Position numbers and translations under genes: made by a program. From contig DLLB01000083.1 in NCBI GenBank assembly GCA_002477905.1, positions 1 to 54,311 on the forward strand: DNA of 54,311 nucleotides, in the 5' to 3' direction. This stretch comes from Clostridiales bacterium UBA7573. GTDB taxonomy: Bacteria > Bacillota > Clostridia > Oscillospirales > CAG-272. The notes under the pieces are model-generated. The model saw only the letters and a list, made by a program, of their open reading frames with translations. It did not search any database and was not told the origin of the DNA. This document shows positions 1-10,508 of this stretch, piece after piece (within the stretch, counting starts at the first letter, position 1; each line of letters begins with the position of its first letter).

Positions 1-3000
1 GCCTGTCCGCCGGTGTTGGAATAAACTTCGGTATCAAACACCATGACGTTGACATCCTCACCGGAAGCCAGCACATGATCCAATCCGCCGAAGCCGATGT
101 CGTAAGCCCAACCGTCGCCGCCGAAGATCCACACGGACTTCTTTGCAAGGTATTCCTTCTCATCCAGAACCTTCTTGCAGAGGTCACAGTCGATTCCGCT
201 CAGCGCCGCAATCAGCTTATCCGTTGCTTCGCCGTTGGCTTTTCCGTCGTCATAAGTTGCAAGGTAAGCTTCGCAAGCCGCTTTCACTTCTGCGGAAGCC
301 TTGTCGCTTGCGCCGATCTCCGTGACATAACCCTTGAGCTTTTCCCGAATGGTCTTGGCAGCGATCGCCATACCGTAACCATGCTCGGCGTTATCCTCAA
401 AGAGGGAGTTTGCCCATGCCGGTCCCTTACCGGTTTCTTTATTAACCGTATAGGGGGTAGACGGAGCGGAACCGCCCCAAATGGACGAGCATCCGGTTGC
501 GTTGGAAATATACATTCTCTCACCGAACAGCTGGGTGATCAGACGTGCGTAAGAGGTTTCCGCGCAACCTGCGCAGGATCCGGAGAACTCAAGCAGAGGC
601 TGCTTGAACTGGCTTCCCTTGACGGTGCCGTTGATCAGTTCCTTCTTCTCCGATACGTTTGCAACCATATAGTCGAATACGGGCTGCTGATCCAATTCTT
701 TCTCCTGCGGAACCATTGCGATGGCTGCTTTCTCCGGCGTGCCGTCCTTGATCGCTTTCACGGTCACAGGGCAAGCCTTGACGCAGAGTGTGCATCCCAT
801 GCAGTCCAGCGGGCTGATTGCCATGGTAAATTTATAATCGGTCTTGATGACCGGTTTCGCGGTGTACTTGGTCTGCGCGGGTGCCTTTGCCGCTTCATCA
901 GCCGTCAGGGCGAACGGACGGATGCATGCATGCGGGCAAACAAATGCGCAATTGTTACACTGAATGCAGTTTTCCGCGTACCAGGTCGGTACCATCACGG
1001 CAACGCCGCGCTTCTCATAAGCGGCGGCACCTTGCGGCAACTGACCGTCTACGGACTTCATAAATGCGGAAACAGGCAGGCTGTCGCCGTCCATCTTGCT
1101 GACCGGGACCACGATCTTGTTGACAAACTCAACCAGATCTTCCCGCGTTCCGGTTGCCGGAGCTTCCGCAGGCGTTTCGCCGGCATTCGCCCATGCGGCA
1201 GGCACATCCACTTTCACAAGCGCGTCCTTACCGGAATCGATTGCACGATAGTTCTGCTCTACCACGTCGTCGCCGAATTTGGAGTACGACTTCTTCGCCA
1301 TGTACTTCATGTATTCGATCGCTTTGTCGATCGGCATAATGTTTGCAAGCGCGAAGAACGCAGACTGTAAGATGGTATTTTTGACTTTCGGGTTGCCGAC
1401 TTCTTTTGCCTGTTTGGTTGCGTTGATGATGTAGAATTTCACATCATTCTTCGCAATGTAAGACTTGACGGAAGCGGGCAGATGAACATCCAGTTCATCC
1501 GGCGTCCACTGGCAGTCCAAAAGGAACGTGCCGCCGGGCTTCACATCCTGTACGATCTTATATCCTTTTAAGATATAAGCCACATTGTGGCAGGCAACGA
1601 AGTTTGCCTTCGTGATATAATAAGGAGACTTGATGCGCTGATCGCCGAATCTCAGGTGAGAAATGGTGATACCGCCGGTCTTCTTGGAGTCATACTGGAA
1701 GTATGCCTGGATGAATTTATCCGTATGGTCGCCGATAATCTTGATGGAGTTCTTGTTTGCGCCGACGGTACCGTCGCCGCCAAGTCCCCAGAACTTGCAC
1801 GAAATTGCATCTTCCGGTGCGGTATCGGGAGCAACGGTTTCCGGCAGAGAGTGACCGGTCACATCGTCCACGATGCCGATGGTGAAGTTGTTCTTCGGCT
1901 TGTCCTGTGCAAGATTTGCATAAACTGCGAAAATGGATGCCGGCGTGGTATCTTTGGAACCAAGACCGTATCTGCCACCGACAATCTTCGCGTTCACACC
2001 GTTCTGGGCGAGAGCGGTTACAACGTCTAAGTAAAGCGGTTCACCGAGCGAGCCGGGTTCCTTGGTACGATCCAGCACTGCGATCTTCTTCGCGGTTGCC
2101 GGAATTGCGGCAATGAGCTTGTCCGCACAGAACGGTCTGTACAGACGGACTTTCACAAGACCGACCTTCTCGCCGTGTGCGTTCATGTAATCAATGACTT
2201 CCTCTGCCACATCGCAGACAGAGCCCATTGCGATGATGACACGATCCGCGTCCGGCGCACCATAGTAGTTGAACAAACCATAGTTTGTGCCGAGTTTCTC
2301 GTTGACTTTCGCCATGTATTCTTCCACGATTGCGGGGAATTTCTCATAATAAGTATTGCAAGCCTCTCTGTGCTGGAAGAAGATGTCGCCGTTTTCGGCG
2401 GATCCGCGCAGAGCGGGATGATCCGGATTGAGTGCGTGCTTGCGGAATGCCGCAACCGCGTCCTTATCCATCATATCCTCAAGGTCTTTGTAATCCCAGA
2501 CTTCGATCTTCTGGATCTCGTGCGAAGTACGGAATCCGTCGAAGAAGTTCAGAACCGGGACTCTGCCCTTGATGGTTGCGAGGTGTGCGACCGCACCGAG
2601 ATCCATGATCTCCTGCTGGTTGGACTCAGCCAGCATTGCGAAACCGGTCTGACGGCAGGCGTACACGTCGGAATGATCGCCGAAAATGTTCAATGCGTGA
2701 GACGCAACGCATCTCGCGGAAACATGAATGACGCAGGGAAGCAACTCACCCGCGATTTTATACATGTTCGGGATCATCAGCAAAAGTCCTTGCGATGCGG
2801 TATACGTTGTGGTCAACGCACCTGCGGCAAGGGATCCATGAACGGTTCCGGCAGCACCGGCTTCCGACTGCATTTCCACGACTTTCACGCGTTCGCCGAA
2901 AATGTTCTTCAAGCCGTTTGCTGACCAGGTATCCGTGACTTCCGCCATTGGGCTTGACGGGGTAATCGGATAGATTGCGGCAACTTCCGTAAACGCATAC

Positions 3001-3059
3001 GATACGTGTGCGGCGGCAGTGTTACCGTCCATGGACAGTTTTTTTCTTTCGATTGCCAT
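1..3059 (-). CDS. nifJ: pyruvate:ferredoxin (flavodoxin) oxidoreductase, N-terminal ~1019 codons (3' end lies beyond the left edge)
   Basis: No stop inside the window, so it is absent from the ORF track. Reverse translation from ATG (comp. 3059-3057) gives MAIERKKLSMDGNTAAAHVSYAFTEVAAIYPITPSSPMAE... It later shows ferredoxin-type clusters CIQCNNCAFVCPHAC and CMGCTLCVKACP, and the TPP motif IFGGDGWAYDIGFGG near position 60-130. AGGAGG RBS upstream. The + strand ORFs at 75-2924 are its antisense shadows. Confidence 0.93.
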   Translation of the reverse strand, partial: MAIERKKLSMDGNTAAAHVSYAFTEVAAIYPITPSSPMAEVTDTWSANGLKNIFGERVKVVEMQSEAGAAGTVHGSLAAGALTTTYTASQGLLLMIPNMYKIAGELLPCVIHVSARCVASHALNIFGDHSDVYACRQTGFAMLAESNQQEIMDLGAVAHLATIKGRVPVLNFFDGFRTSHEIQKIEVWDYKDLEDMMDKDAVAAFRKHALNPDHPALRGSAENGDIFFQHREACNTYYEKFPAIVEEYMAKVNEKLGTNYGLFNYYGAPDADRVIIAMGSVCDVAEEVIDYMNAHGEKVGLVKVRLYRPFCADKLIAAIPATAKKIAVLDRTKEPGSLGEPLYLDVVTALAQNGVNAKIVGGRYGLGSKDTTPASIFAVYANLAQDKPKNNFTIGIVDDVTGHSLPETVAPDTAPEDAISCKFWGLGGDGTVGANKNSIKIIGDHTDKFIQAYFQYDSKKTGGITISHLRFGDQRIKSPYYITKANFVACHNVAYILKGYKIVQDVKPGGTFLLDCQWTPDELDVHLPASVKSYIAKNDVKFYIINATKQAKEVGNPKVKNTILQSAFFALANIMPIDKAIEYMKYMAKKSYSKFGDDVVEQNYRAIDSGKDALVKVDVPAAWANAGETPAEAPATGTREDLVEFVNKIVVPVSKMDGDSLPVSAFMKSVDGQLPQGAAAYEKRGVAVMVPTWYAENCIQCNNCAFVCPHACIRPFALTADEAAKAPAQTKYTAKPVIKTDYKFTMAISPLDCMGCTLCVKACPVTVKAIKDGTPEKAAIAMVPQEKELDQQPVFDYMVANVSEKKELINGTVKGSQFKQPLLEFSGSCAGCAETSYARLITQLFGERMYISNATGCSSIWGGSAPSTPYTVNKETGKGPAWANSLFEDNAEHGYGMAIAAKTIREKLKGYVTEIGASDKASAEVKAACEAYLATYDDGKANGEATDKLIAALSGIDCDLCKKVLDEKEYLAKKSVWIFGGDGWAYDIGFGGLDHVLASGEDVNVMVFDTEVYSNTGGQ

Positions 3060-3121
3060 GTAGTTTAATTCCTCCTGTTATTATTTATGCTTTTTGATCT
3101 CACCAAATCGCATACAATTAT

Positions 3122-3150
3122 ATTGTACCACCTTGCGGGCAAAAAGTAAA
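3122..3150 (-). promoter_or_regulatory. putative sigma-A promoter of PFOR gene
   Basis: On the minus strand: TTTACT (3150-3145), 17-nt spacer, TGgTACAAT with the -10 at 3127-3122. This gives a ~55-nt leader to ATG 3059. Confidence 0.45.
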
Positions 3151-3195
3151 TATCTTTTTGCAATTTTTTTCGGGATTTTCCCGTTTTTTTGCAAG

Positions 3196-3230
3196 AAAAA
3201 TCGCCGTTCTTCGCATTTCCGAGAACGGCG
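3196..3230 (-). terminator. intrinsic terminator after the M48/YgjP-like gene
   Basis: 9-bp stem 3202-3210 / 3222-3230 (CGCCGTTCT/AGAACGGCG) with an 11-nt loop, followed on the minus strand by TTTTTCTTGC. It lies 40 nt past the stop at 3271. Confidence 0.7.
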
Positions 3231-3270
3231 TGTGCAAAAATCAGCCTGTTTTTACAAAAAGCGGCGAATT

Positions 3271-3822
3271 TCAGGGCTGATCTGCGTCTTCTTTTACCAA
3301 AGGCATCAACGTTTTCACAAGCAATGTGCGGCGGGCGGCATGATCCGGCAAAATCCGGGCAAGCACCGCGTAAAACTTTTTACTGTGATTCATCTGCAAC
3401 AGATGCGCAAGTTCATGCACGATCACATAATCCACCGCTTCCGGCGGATACGCAAGCAGAAGATCATAAAAAACAATGCGTTTGTCCGAAGTACAATATC
3501 CATAGCGGCTTTTCAGCGGGCGAAAGGAAATCGAGCGCGGCGCGACGCGCATTTTCTCGGCATAAAACCTTACCCGCGCCGGAATTTCTGTTTTTGCACA
3601 CTGGCGCAGAAGCGCTGCCTGTGCCGGCGTCAGGATCCGGCGGTTCTCTTTGCGGGCACGCATTTGCGCAAGATGCGCCTCCACCCATGTTTGCTTGCTT
3701 TGTACAAACGCCGCAACCTGCGCGTCAGTGGTACGATATGGTACCCGCACCTCTACCTGCGCATCCTGCGTAATCCGGATACATAAGGTGGTACGGGCGG
3801 TGCGCACAATCCGGTAGTCCAT
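3271..3822 (-). CDS. YgjP/DUF45-like (M48/SprT-like) zinc metallohydrolase
   Basis: 183-aa ORF with an HExxH motif (VIVHELAHLLQMNHS), typical of the small YgjP-type metal-dependent hydrolases. GAGGGGG RBS upstream. Confidence 0.8.
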   Translation of the reverse strand: MDYRIVRTARTTLCIRITQDAQVEVRVPYRTTDAQVAAFVQSKQTWVEAHLAQMRARKENRRILTPAQAALLRQCAKTEIPARVRFYAEKMRVAPRSISFRPLKSRYGYCTSDKRIVFYDLLLAYPPEAVDYVIVHELAHLLQMNHSKKFYAVLARILPDHAARRTLLVKTLMPLVKEDADQP

Positions 3823-3937
3823 CGGAAAATCCCCCTCTTTCGCGTACAGTATAGCAGAGCCGAACCCATTTGTAAAGAGGAAATAAGAAAATCACAGAAA
3901 CGGCGCTCCTTACACGATACTTTTACCGGAAAAAGAC

Positions 3938-3966
3938 TTGCAAACCGAAAAAGAATGTGCTATACT
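3938..3966 (+). promoter_or_regulatory. putative sigma-A promoter of the ABC exporter pair
   Basis: TTGCAA (3938-3943), 17-nt spacer, extended -10 TGcTATACT (-10 at 3961-3966). Confidence 0.55.
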
Positions 3967-4011
3967 GAAAAACAGATGTTTTGCAAAGAAAAATCGTCGG
4001 AAAGGATCATT

Positions 4012-5766
4012 ATGAAATACCTGTTACAGCAATTGCGCTATTATCGGAAAGAAACCGTGTTAGGACCGCTGTTCAAGCTCATTGAAGCCATGTTTGATCT
4101 GTTGGTACCGCTGGTCATCGCGGCGATGATCGACAACGGAATCGAAGCAAAAAACACCCATTATGTGTTGATCTGCTGTCTGTTGCTCGCGCTTTGCGCA
4201 TTGGCAGGACTGGCATCGACCGTCACAGCCCAGTACTTCGCCGCCAAAGCCGCGGTCGGTTCTACCACGCGTCTGCGGCAGGTTCTGTTCGACAAAATCC
4301 AAAGTCTGTCGTTTGCCGATCTGGATCGGTTTGGCACTTCCACGCTGATTACCCGCATGACCAGCGACTTAAATCAGGTGCAATCCGGCGTGAATCTCGC
4401 GCTGCGATTGTTTTTGCGTTCGCCGTTCATCGTATTCGGCGCCATGGTGATGGCATTTACCATCCGTCCCTTTGCGGGCGTTTTGTTCGCTGTCACAATT
4501 GTTGCTTTATTCTTAGTCGTTTACGGGATTCTATTCTGGAGCATGGCAAAGCAGAAACACGTCCGAAGCGGCTTGGATTCGCTGACTTCCTTAACGCGGG
4601 AAAATCTGACCGGTGTGCGCGTGATCCGCGCTTTTTGCAGAGAAAATGCCGAAACCGAAGAATTTTCCAAGCGCAATGACCGTTTCAATCATGTACAGCG
4701 CGTTTGCGGCAGAATCCTCGCCCTGCTCAATCCCGTCACCTTTTTCCTTCTGAATCTTGCCGCAGTATTGCTGTTGCATTTTGGCGCGATCCGCGTCAAC
4801 ACCGGTTCTCTGACGCAAGGACAGATGATCGCGTTGTATAACTATCTGACGCAGATTCTGGTGGAGTTAATCAAGTTGGCAAATCTGACCATCTCCGTTT
4901 CCAAAGCTGTCACCAGCGCCGGACGTGTCGGAGAGGTGCTGGACGCCGTATCCACACTGCAAACCGAAGCTCCTGCAAAAGAATTGCCGGCATCGGCAGA
5001 CGCAGACGCACAGATCGTTTTTTCCGACGTTTCCTTTGCTTATCCCGGCGCAGGCGCGGATTCCCTATCGCATATCAGCTTCCGGATCCCCCGTGGACAA
5101 ACGTTCGGCATCATCGGCGGGACCGGCTCCGGAAAATCCACTTTGGTGCATCTGATCCCGCATTTTTATGACGCAACCTCCGGTACAGTCCTGCTCGACG
5201 GGAAACCGGTACAATGCTATACGCAACAGCAGCTTGCGGACAAAATCGGCGTCGTTTTGCAAAAGACCGAACTGTTTGCCGGCACAATCCGGGACAATCT
5301 GAAATTTTCGAATCCGGACGCAGACGACGCGACCTTGCTTGCGGCAATGGACGCGGCGCAGGCTTCCGACATTCTTACAAAGAAAGAAGCCGGTTTGGAT
5401 ACCGACATCGGGCAAGGCGGACGCGCGTTGTCCGGCGGACAGCGGCAACGTATCTCCATTGCGCGCGCACTGGTCAAGCATCCGGAAATTCTGATTTTGG
5501 ACGACAGCTCCTCCGCACTGGACTACGCAACGGACGCCCATCTGCGTCATGCTTTACAGCATCTGCCCGGAAATCCGACCGTCATTTTGATTTCCCAGCG
5601 CGTCGCCTCCATCCGTCATGCCGATCAGATTCTGGTTTTGGATAACGGACATGCGGTAGGACTTGGCACACACGCGCAACTGTTGGAAAATTGTCCGGTT
5701 TATGCAGAAATTTGTCAATCGCAGGAAAAGAACGCGCAACGCGTCGGAGAGGAGAAAGTGAAATGA
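4012..5766 (+). CDS. ABC exporter, fused permease/ATPase subunit (heterodimer partner 1)
   Basis: N-terminal 6-TM domain, Walker A GGTGSGKST, signature LSGGQRQR, Walker B ILILDD. Start moved from the ORF-track 3955 to ATG 4012 (MKYLLQQL), which has a GGAAAGGA RBS. Confidence 0.9.
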   Translation: MKYLLQQLRYYRKETVLGPLFKLIEAMFDLLVPLVIAAMIDNGIEAKNTHYVLICCLLLALCALAGLASTVTAQYFAAKAAVGSTTRLRQVLFDKIQSLSFADLDRFGTSTLITRMTSDLNQVQSGVNLALRLFLRSPFIVFGAMVMAFTIRPFAGVLFAVTIVALFLVVYGILFWSMAKQKHVRSGLDSLTSLTRENLTGVRVIRAFCRENAETEEFSKRNDRFNHVQRVCGRILALLNPVTFFLLNLAAVLLLHFGAIRVNTGSLTQGQMIALYNYLTQILVELIKLANLTISVSKAVTSAGRVGEVLDAVSTLQTEAPAKELPASADADAQIVFSDVSFAYPGAGADSLSHISFRIPRGQTFGIIGGTGSGKSTLVHLIPHFYDATSGTVLLDGKPVQCYTQQQLADKIGVVLQKTELFAGTIRDNLKFSNPDADDATLLAAMDAAQASDILTKKEAGLDTDIGQGGRALSGGQRQRISIARALVKHPEILILDDSSSALDYATDAHLRHALQHLPGNPTVILISQRVASIRHADQILVLDNGHAVGLGTHAQLLENCPVYAEICQSQEKNAQRVGEEKVK

Positions 5767-7559
5767 AACAATCTTCCCAAAAAGCCGGAAACGGCAAGTC
5801 CCTGCAAACGCTGAAAAAAGTCTTTCGTTATCTTGGCGCCTATCGCGTTTTCTTTCTTCTGTCCATTCTGCTGTCTGCGGCGTTTGTCGTCATTTCCCTG
5901 CTGATCCCATTCTGGATCGGGGATGTGATCGACCTCATGATCGGCAAAGACGCGGTTCGCTTTTCCGAAATCGCGCCGATCCTTCTGCGTATCGTCATTC
6001 TGATCGCAAGCGGCGCGCTGATCCAATGGTTATTGAATCTCATCAATCAACGCATGAGCTATGACGTCGTGCATGATCTGCGGCGCGACGCTTTTCAGAA
6101 ACTCCACCGTCTTCCCGTCAGTTACTTTGACACCCACGCGGCGGGCGATATGCTCAGTGCGGTCATTGCAGATGCGGAACAGCTTTCCGACGGACTGTTG
6201 CTCGGCTTTACCCAGTTATTCACCGGCATTGCCACCATTCTCGGCACCCTGCTCTGCATGCTGAAAATCAACTGGAAGATCGCGTTGTTCGTTGTGGTAC
6301 TCACTCCGTTGTCCTTGCTTTTGGCAAAATTCATTGCTTCCTCCACCTATCATCTGTTCAAACAGCAAAGCGTTCTGCGCGGCAAACAAACGGCATTTTC
6401 CGATGAAATGATCGCAGGTCAGCGCACAGTCCGCGCCTTTGCGCATGAAGATGAAAATTCCGAAACATTCGCAAAAATGAATCGGGAACTGGAGATCTGT
6501 TCCCGCAAAGCGGTGTTCTTTTCGTCTTTGACCAACCCCAGCACCCGCTTTATCAACAACTTGGTTTATGCGTTGGTTGCGTTGACCGGTGCACTTTGCA
6601 TGCTGAGTTCCTCCGGCGCCGGATGGTTACAGACCGCCATCCCGCTGACGATCGGCAATCTGAGTTGCCTGCTCAGTTATGCCAATCAGTATATGAAGCC
6701 GTTCAATGAAATCACCGGCGTCATTACAGAACTGCAAAATGCCATTGCCTGCGCGTCCAGACTGTTTGATTTACTGGAAGAACCTGCGCTTTTGCCGGAG
6801 GCGGGAAGCGCAGACCAGAAATTTGATGCCAAAGGCGCCGTAACGTTTGACAACATCTCGTTTGCTTATGTCAAAGACCGTCCTTTGATTCAGGATATTT
6901 CGCTTACAGTCACCCCAGGACAGCATGTTGCCATTGTCGGTCCGACCGGATGCGGCAAAACGACCTTAATCAATCTGCTGATGCGCTTCTACGATGTAGA
7001 CGCAGGTGCGATTCTTGTGGATCAGACGGATATCCGCACGCTGCATCGCCATGCCCTGCGAAAAAATTACGGCATGGTACTCCAGGAAACCTGGTTGAAA
7101 TCCGGCACGATCCGGGACAATATCACCCTTGGTAAGCCGGAGGCTACGCAAGAAGAAACCGAGCAAGCCGCCAAAGCCGCACACGCCCACAGCTTCATTC
7201 TTCAACTTCCCAACGGCTATGATACCCGTATTGGGGAGGACGGCGGACAGCTTTCGCAAGGACAGAAACAGTTGATCTGTATTGCGCGGATCCTGCTCTG
7301 CCTGCCGCCGATTCTGATCTTGGACGAAGCGACTTCTTCCATCGACACACGCACCGAGCAGAAAATCCAGTCTGCCTTTGACCGTTTGATGTATGGGCGC
7401 ACCAGTTTTATCGTTGCACACCGGCTCTCCACCATTCAGAACGCAGACAAAATTCTGGTTATGCGGGACGGCAATATCATCGAACACGGTACCCACGCGG
7501 AATTGCTCGCAAAAGGCGGCTTTTACGCGGAACTCTATAACAGTCAATTTGAAGTATAA
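5763..7559 (+). CDS. ABC exporter, fused permease/ATPase subunit (heterodimer partner 2)
   Basis: TM domain plus Walker A GPTGCGKTT, signature LSQGQKQL, Walker B ILILDEATS. ATG 5763 overlaps the upstream stop (ATGA), indicating translational coupling. Confidence 0.9.
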   Translation: MKQSSQKAGNGKSLQTLKKVFRYLGAYRVFFLLSILLSAAFVVISLLIPFWIGDVIDLMIGKDAVRFSEIAPILLRIVILIASGALIQWLLNLINQRMSYDVVHDLRRDAFQKLHRLPVSYFDTHAAGDMLSAVIADAEQLSDGLLLGFTQLFTGIATILGTLLCMLKINWKIALFVVVLTPLSLLLAKFIASSTYHLFKQQSVLRGKQTAFSDEMIAGQRTVRAFAHEDENSETFAKMNRELEICSRKAVFFSSLTNPSTRFINNLVYALVALTGALCMLSSSGAGWLQTAIPLTIGNLSCLLSYANQYMKPFNEITGVITELQNAIACASRLFDLLEEPALLPEAGSADQKFDAKGAVTFDNISFAYVKDRPLIQDISLTVTPGQHVAIVGPTGCGKTTLINLLMRFYDVDAGAILVDQTDIRTLHRHALRKNYGMVLQETWLKSGTIRDNITLGKPEATQEETEQAAKAAHAHSFILQLPNGYDTRIGEDGGQLSQGQKQLICIARILLCLPPILILDEATSSIDTRTEQKIQSAFDRLMYGRTSFIVAHRLSTIQNADKILVMRDGNIIEHGTHAELLAKGGFYAELYNSQFEV

Positions 7560-7688
7560 CGGAGACTTTGCCGGTTTCCCTACGAATATTTTTCTGCAAC
7601 ATGCCAAAACAGATTGACTTGTACGCTTTGTTAAAATCATACTATCCAAACGGCTGTTGCCGTACAATTTTCTTTTTCGGAGGTAGAA

Positions 7689-9476
7689 ATGATGTCTTAT
7701 CCGGCAATTGGAATCCGCCCGATCGTAGACGGTCGTCGCGGACCTATGAAACTGCGGGAGAGTCTGGAACCGCAGGTTTGGGCGATGGCGAAAGCCGCCA
7801 AAAAGCTCTTTGAAGAAAATCTTTGCTACTCTGACGGAACACCGGTCAGGGTGGTGCTTGCAGACACCACCATCGGGCGTGTTCCGGAAACTGTCGCCTG
7901 TGCGGAAAAATTCAAACGCGAAGCCGTCGCCGTCACCCTTTCCGTCACGCCTTGCTGGTGCTATGGCGCGGAGACGATGGATATGGATCCCACCACGATC
8001 AAAGGCATTTGGGGCTTCAACGGAACGGAACGCCCCGGCGCAGTTTATCTTGCATCCGTCCTCGCAACACACGCGCAGAAGGGACTTCCCGCATTCGGAA
8101 TTTACGGACATGAGGTACAGGATGTTTGCGATGTCGCAAAAATTCCGGAGGACGTCAAGGAAAAACTCCTGCGCTTTGGGCGCGCGGGACTTGCCGTCGC
8201 CATGATGCGCAATAAAAGCTACCTTCAGATCGGCTCGATGTGCATGGGCATCGGCGGCTCCATCATGGATCAGGATTTTATAGAAGAATACCTTGGGATG
8301 CGGGTAGAATCCGTAGATGAGGTAGAAATCCTCCGGCGCATGGAAGAAGGCATCTACAACCAGGAGGAATATGCGCGCGCACTCGCATGGACAAAAGCCC
8401 ATTGCAAGGAAGGACGCGACGACAACCCCGATTTCGTCCGTTTCTCACGCGAACAGAAAGACAAGCAGTGGGAATTCACAGTTAAAATGTATTTAATCAT
8501 CCGTGATCTGATTCGCGGAAATCCGACGTTGCCTGATGCGTTTGAGGAAGAAAAAGTCGGTCATAACGCGATCTGCGCAGGATTCCAGGGACAGCGGCAA
8601 TGGACCGATCATTGGCCGAACTGTGACTATCCGGAAGCATTGCTCAACTCGTCTTTTGACTTTGAAGGGGCGCGCGAACCGATGACGTTTGCCACGGAAA
8701 ACGACATCTTAAACGGCATCAGCATGCTCTTTATGCGGCTGTTGACCAACCGCGCACAAATCTTTGCCGATGTCAGAACTTACTGGTCACCGGATGCCGC
8801 AAAGAGAGTGGCAGGATATGAATTCACCGGCAAAGCAAAAGAAAACGGCGGCGTGATTCACTTGTTGAACTCCGGTGCGGCTTGCTTGGATGCCTGCGGA
8901 GAATGCAGGGATGAAAACGGCAATGCCATCATGAAAAAATGGTGGGAAGTGACAGAACAGGACATTCAGAAAATGACAGATGCAACGGTATGGTGCGAAG
9001 CGGGCTTTGACAACTTCCGCGGCGGCGGGTTCTCCTCGCACTATACGACCAGAGCGGAAATGCCCATGACCATGATCCGTCTGAATCTTGTAAAAGGGCT
9101 CGGACCTGTCATGCAAATTGCGGAAGGATGGTCCGTAAAGCTCCCCGATGAGGTTTCCGATCTGCTGATGGAGCGCACCAATCCCACTTGGCCCTGCACC
9201 TGGTTTACCCCGCGTTGCGACGGTAAAGAGGGGAGCGCTTTCCAGAACGCTTACGAGGTGATGAACCATTGGGGTGCCAATCATGGCGCGATCTCCTATG
9301 GACACATCGGCGCAGATCTGCTCACACTCTGCTCGATGCTGCGCATTCCGGTTTCCATGCACAATCTTCCGGAAAAAGAAATCTTCCGTCCTGCCGCATG
9401 GAATGCGTTCGGCATGGACAGCGAGGGAAAAGATTATCGCGCCTGTGCAAACTACGGTCCGCTTTACAAAAAATAA
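7689..9476 (+). CDS. fucI: L-fucose isomerase
   Basis: 595 aa. [56 protein letters not shown] and the C-terminal [11 protein letters not shown] all match my recollection of E. coli FucI (591 aa). GGAGG RBS. Confidence 0.95.
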   Translation: MMSYPAIGIRPIVDGRRGPMKLRESLEPQVWAMAKAAKKLFEENLCYSDGTPVRVVLADTTIGRVPETVACAEKFKREAVAVTLSVTPCWCYGAETMDMDPTTIKGIWGFNGTERPGAVYLASVLATHAQKGLPAFGIYGHEVQDVCDVAKIPEDVKEKLLRFGRAGLAVAMMRNKSYLQIGSMCMGIGGSIMDQDFIEEYLGMRVESVDEVEILRRMEEGIYNQEEYARALAWTKAHCKEGRDDNPDFVRFSREQKDKQWEFTVKMYLIIRDLIRGNPTLPDAFEEEKVGHNAICAGFQGQRQWTDHWPNCDYPEALLNSSFDFEGAREPMTFATENDILNGISMLFMRLLTNRAQIFADVRTYWSPDAAKRVAGYEFTGKAKENGGVIHLLNSGAACLDACGECRDENGNAIMKKWWEVTEQDIQKMTDATVWCEAGFDNFRGGGFSSHYTTRAEMPMTMIRLNLVKGLGPVMQIAEGWSVKLPDEVSDLLMERTNPTWPCTWFTPRCDGKEGSAFQNAYEVMNHWGANHGAISYGHIGADLLTLCSMLRIPVSMHNLPEKEIFRPAAWNAFGMDSEGKDYRACANYGPLYKK

Positions 9477-9506
9477 CCTTTGGCAAACGTTCCAATATAC
9501 CATTAT

Positions 9507-9547
9507 AAAAGAACCGGCAATGCAACCAGTTGCATTGCCGGTTCTTT
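9507..9547. terminator. bidirectional intrinsic terminator between fucI and the AraC gene
   Basis: Perfect 14-bp stem GAACCGGCAATGCA (9511-9524) / TGCATTGCCGGTTC (9531-9544) with a 6-nt loop. Flanked by AAAA upstream and TTT downstream. Confidence 0.75.
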
Positions 9548-9561
9548 GTCACCACTCGTTT

Positions 9562-10398
9562 TCAGTTATGTTTATCCGCGTTCCCCGCACGGATCTGCGC
9601 CGGAGATTTTCCCGTCACACGTTTCCATACGGCGGAAAAATGGGCGCGGTCCGCAAAGCCGCACTGGATTGCAATCTGCTCTGTACTAAGGGAGGTACAC
9701 AAAAGCAGTTGCTTTGCGACACGGATCCGCTCCTCCACCACCGCTTGGTGCAATGTTTTTCCCGTACAGGCAAGAAACACCCGATTCAGATAATACGGAT
9801 GGTAGCCCAGCGCGCCGGCAATTTTTTCGTTGGAAAGCCGTTCGCAGGCATGCAGACGGATATATAAGGAAGCGCGTGCGGCAAGCGACTGCTTGGTATT
9901 CGCGTCTTGCGGCGGCGCGACAAGATCACACAGTAAAGCTTTCAGAAGTGCGGAAGATCGCGCGTCGGAAACCGGATTCGGATGACTGTAAAGTCCGAGC
10001 AATTCCGTCACACGTTCTCCAAACGCCGGACCGTGCGGAAAATACAATAATTTTTGCAGTTGCGTGGGAATCTCCGTCCGACACAGACGATTGCTTTCAT
10101 ATCGATCCAGATCATCCGGCGGCATAGGTTGTCGAATATGATCGTATTCCCGCGTCAGATCAAAATTCAGCACGATCACCTGTAAATCCCCCCGAAAACA
10201 ATACGGCATCGGCGGCGGAAAGCACACCAGACTTCCTGCCGCAAGTGCGATTTCTCCACCGTGATACAGAAACCGTCCCGTCCCGCGCATCACATAAAAA
10301 ATACGGAAATCATACGCCGCACCGTAGGTTTGCCGGATAAACACTGACAACTGGAGTTCTGCGTCACGTAAGAACGGATTGAGTTCGGAAAATTCCAT
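9562..10398 (-). CDS. AraC-family transcriptional regulator (cupin sensor + HTH)
   Basis: C-terminal AraC-type double HTH (...GYHPYYLNRVFLACTGKTLHQAVVEERIRVAKQLL...IAIQCGFADRAHFSAVWKRVTGKSP). Start trimmed from the ORF-track 10602 to ATG 10398 (MEFSELNPF), which has a CCGGAGGCG RBS. Confidence 0.88.
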   Translation of the reverse strand: MEFSELNPFLRDAELQLSVFIRQTYGAAYDFRIFYVMRGTGRFLYHGGEIALAAGSLVCFPPPMPYCFRGDLQVIVLNFDLTREYDHIRQPMPPDDLDRYESNRLCRTEIPTQLQKLLYFPHGPAFGERVTELLGLYSHPNPVSDARSSALLKALLCDLVAPPQDANTKQSLAARASLYIRLHACERLSNEKIAGALGYHPYYLNRVFLACTGKTLHQAVVEERIRVAKQLLLCTSLSTEQIAIQCGFADRAHFSAVWKRVTGKSPAQIRAGNADKHN

Positions 10399-10508
10399 AT
10401 ACGCCTCCGGAAGTTTGTTTTTCAAACAGATAAGTTTGGATCGTTCCTTTATTTTAGCACGATCCTGTGATAAAATCAATCCGAATTCCAAAGAAATTTC
10501 GGAGGTGT

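Noticed and set aside
75-2924. Several + strand ORFs (75-1370, 431 aa; 1587-2030; 2175-2924, 249 aa)
   Set aside because: They lie antisense to the PFOR gene, whose translation is unmistakable. Their products are Cys/Arg/His-rich with no motifs. They are shadow ORFs typical of this codon usage.
6966-8402. 478-aa minus-strand ORF spanning the end of the ABC gene, the intergenic region and the start of fucI
   Set aside because: It is antisense to two confidently identified genes and runs straight through their intergenic promoter region. Its composition is non-protein-like.
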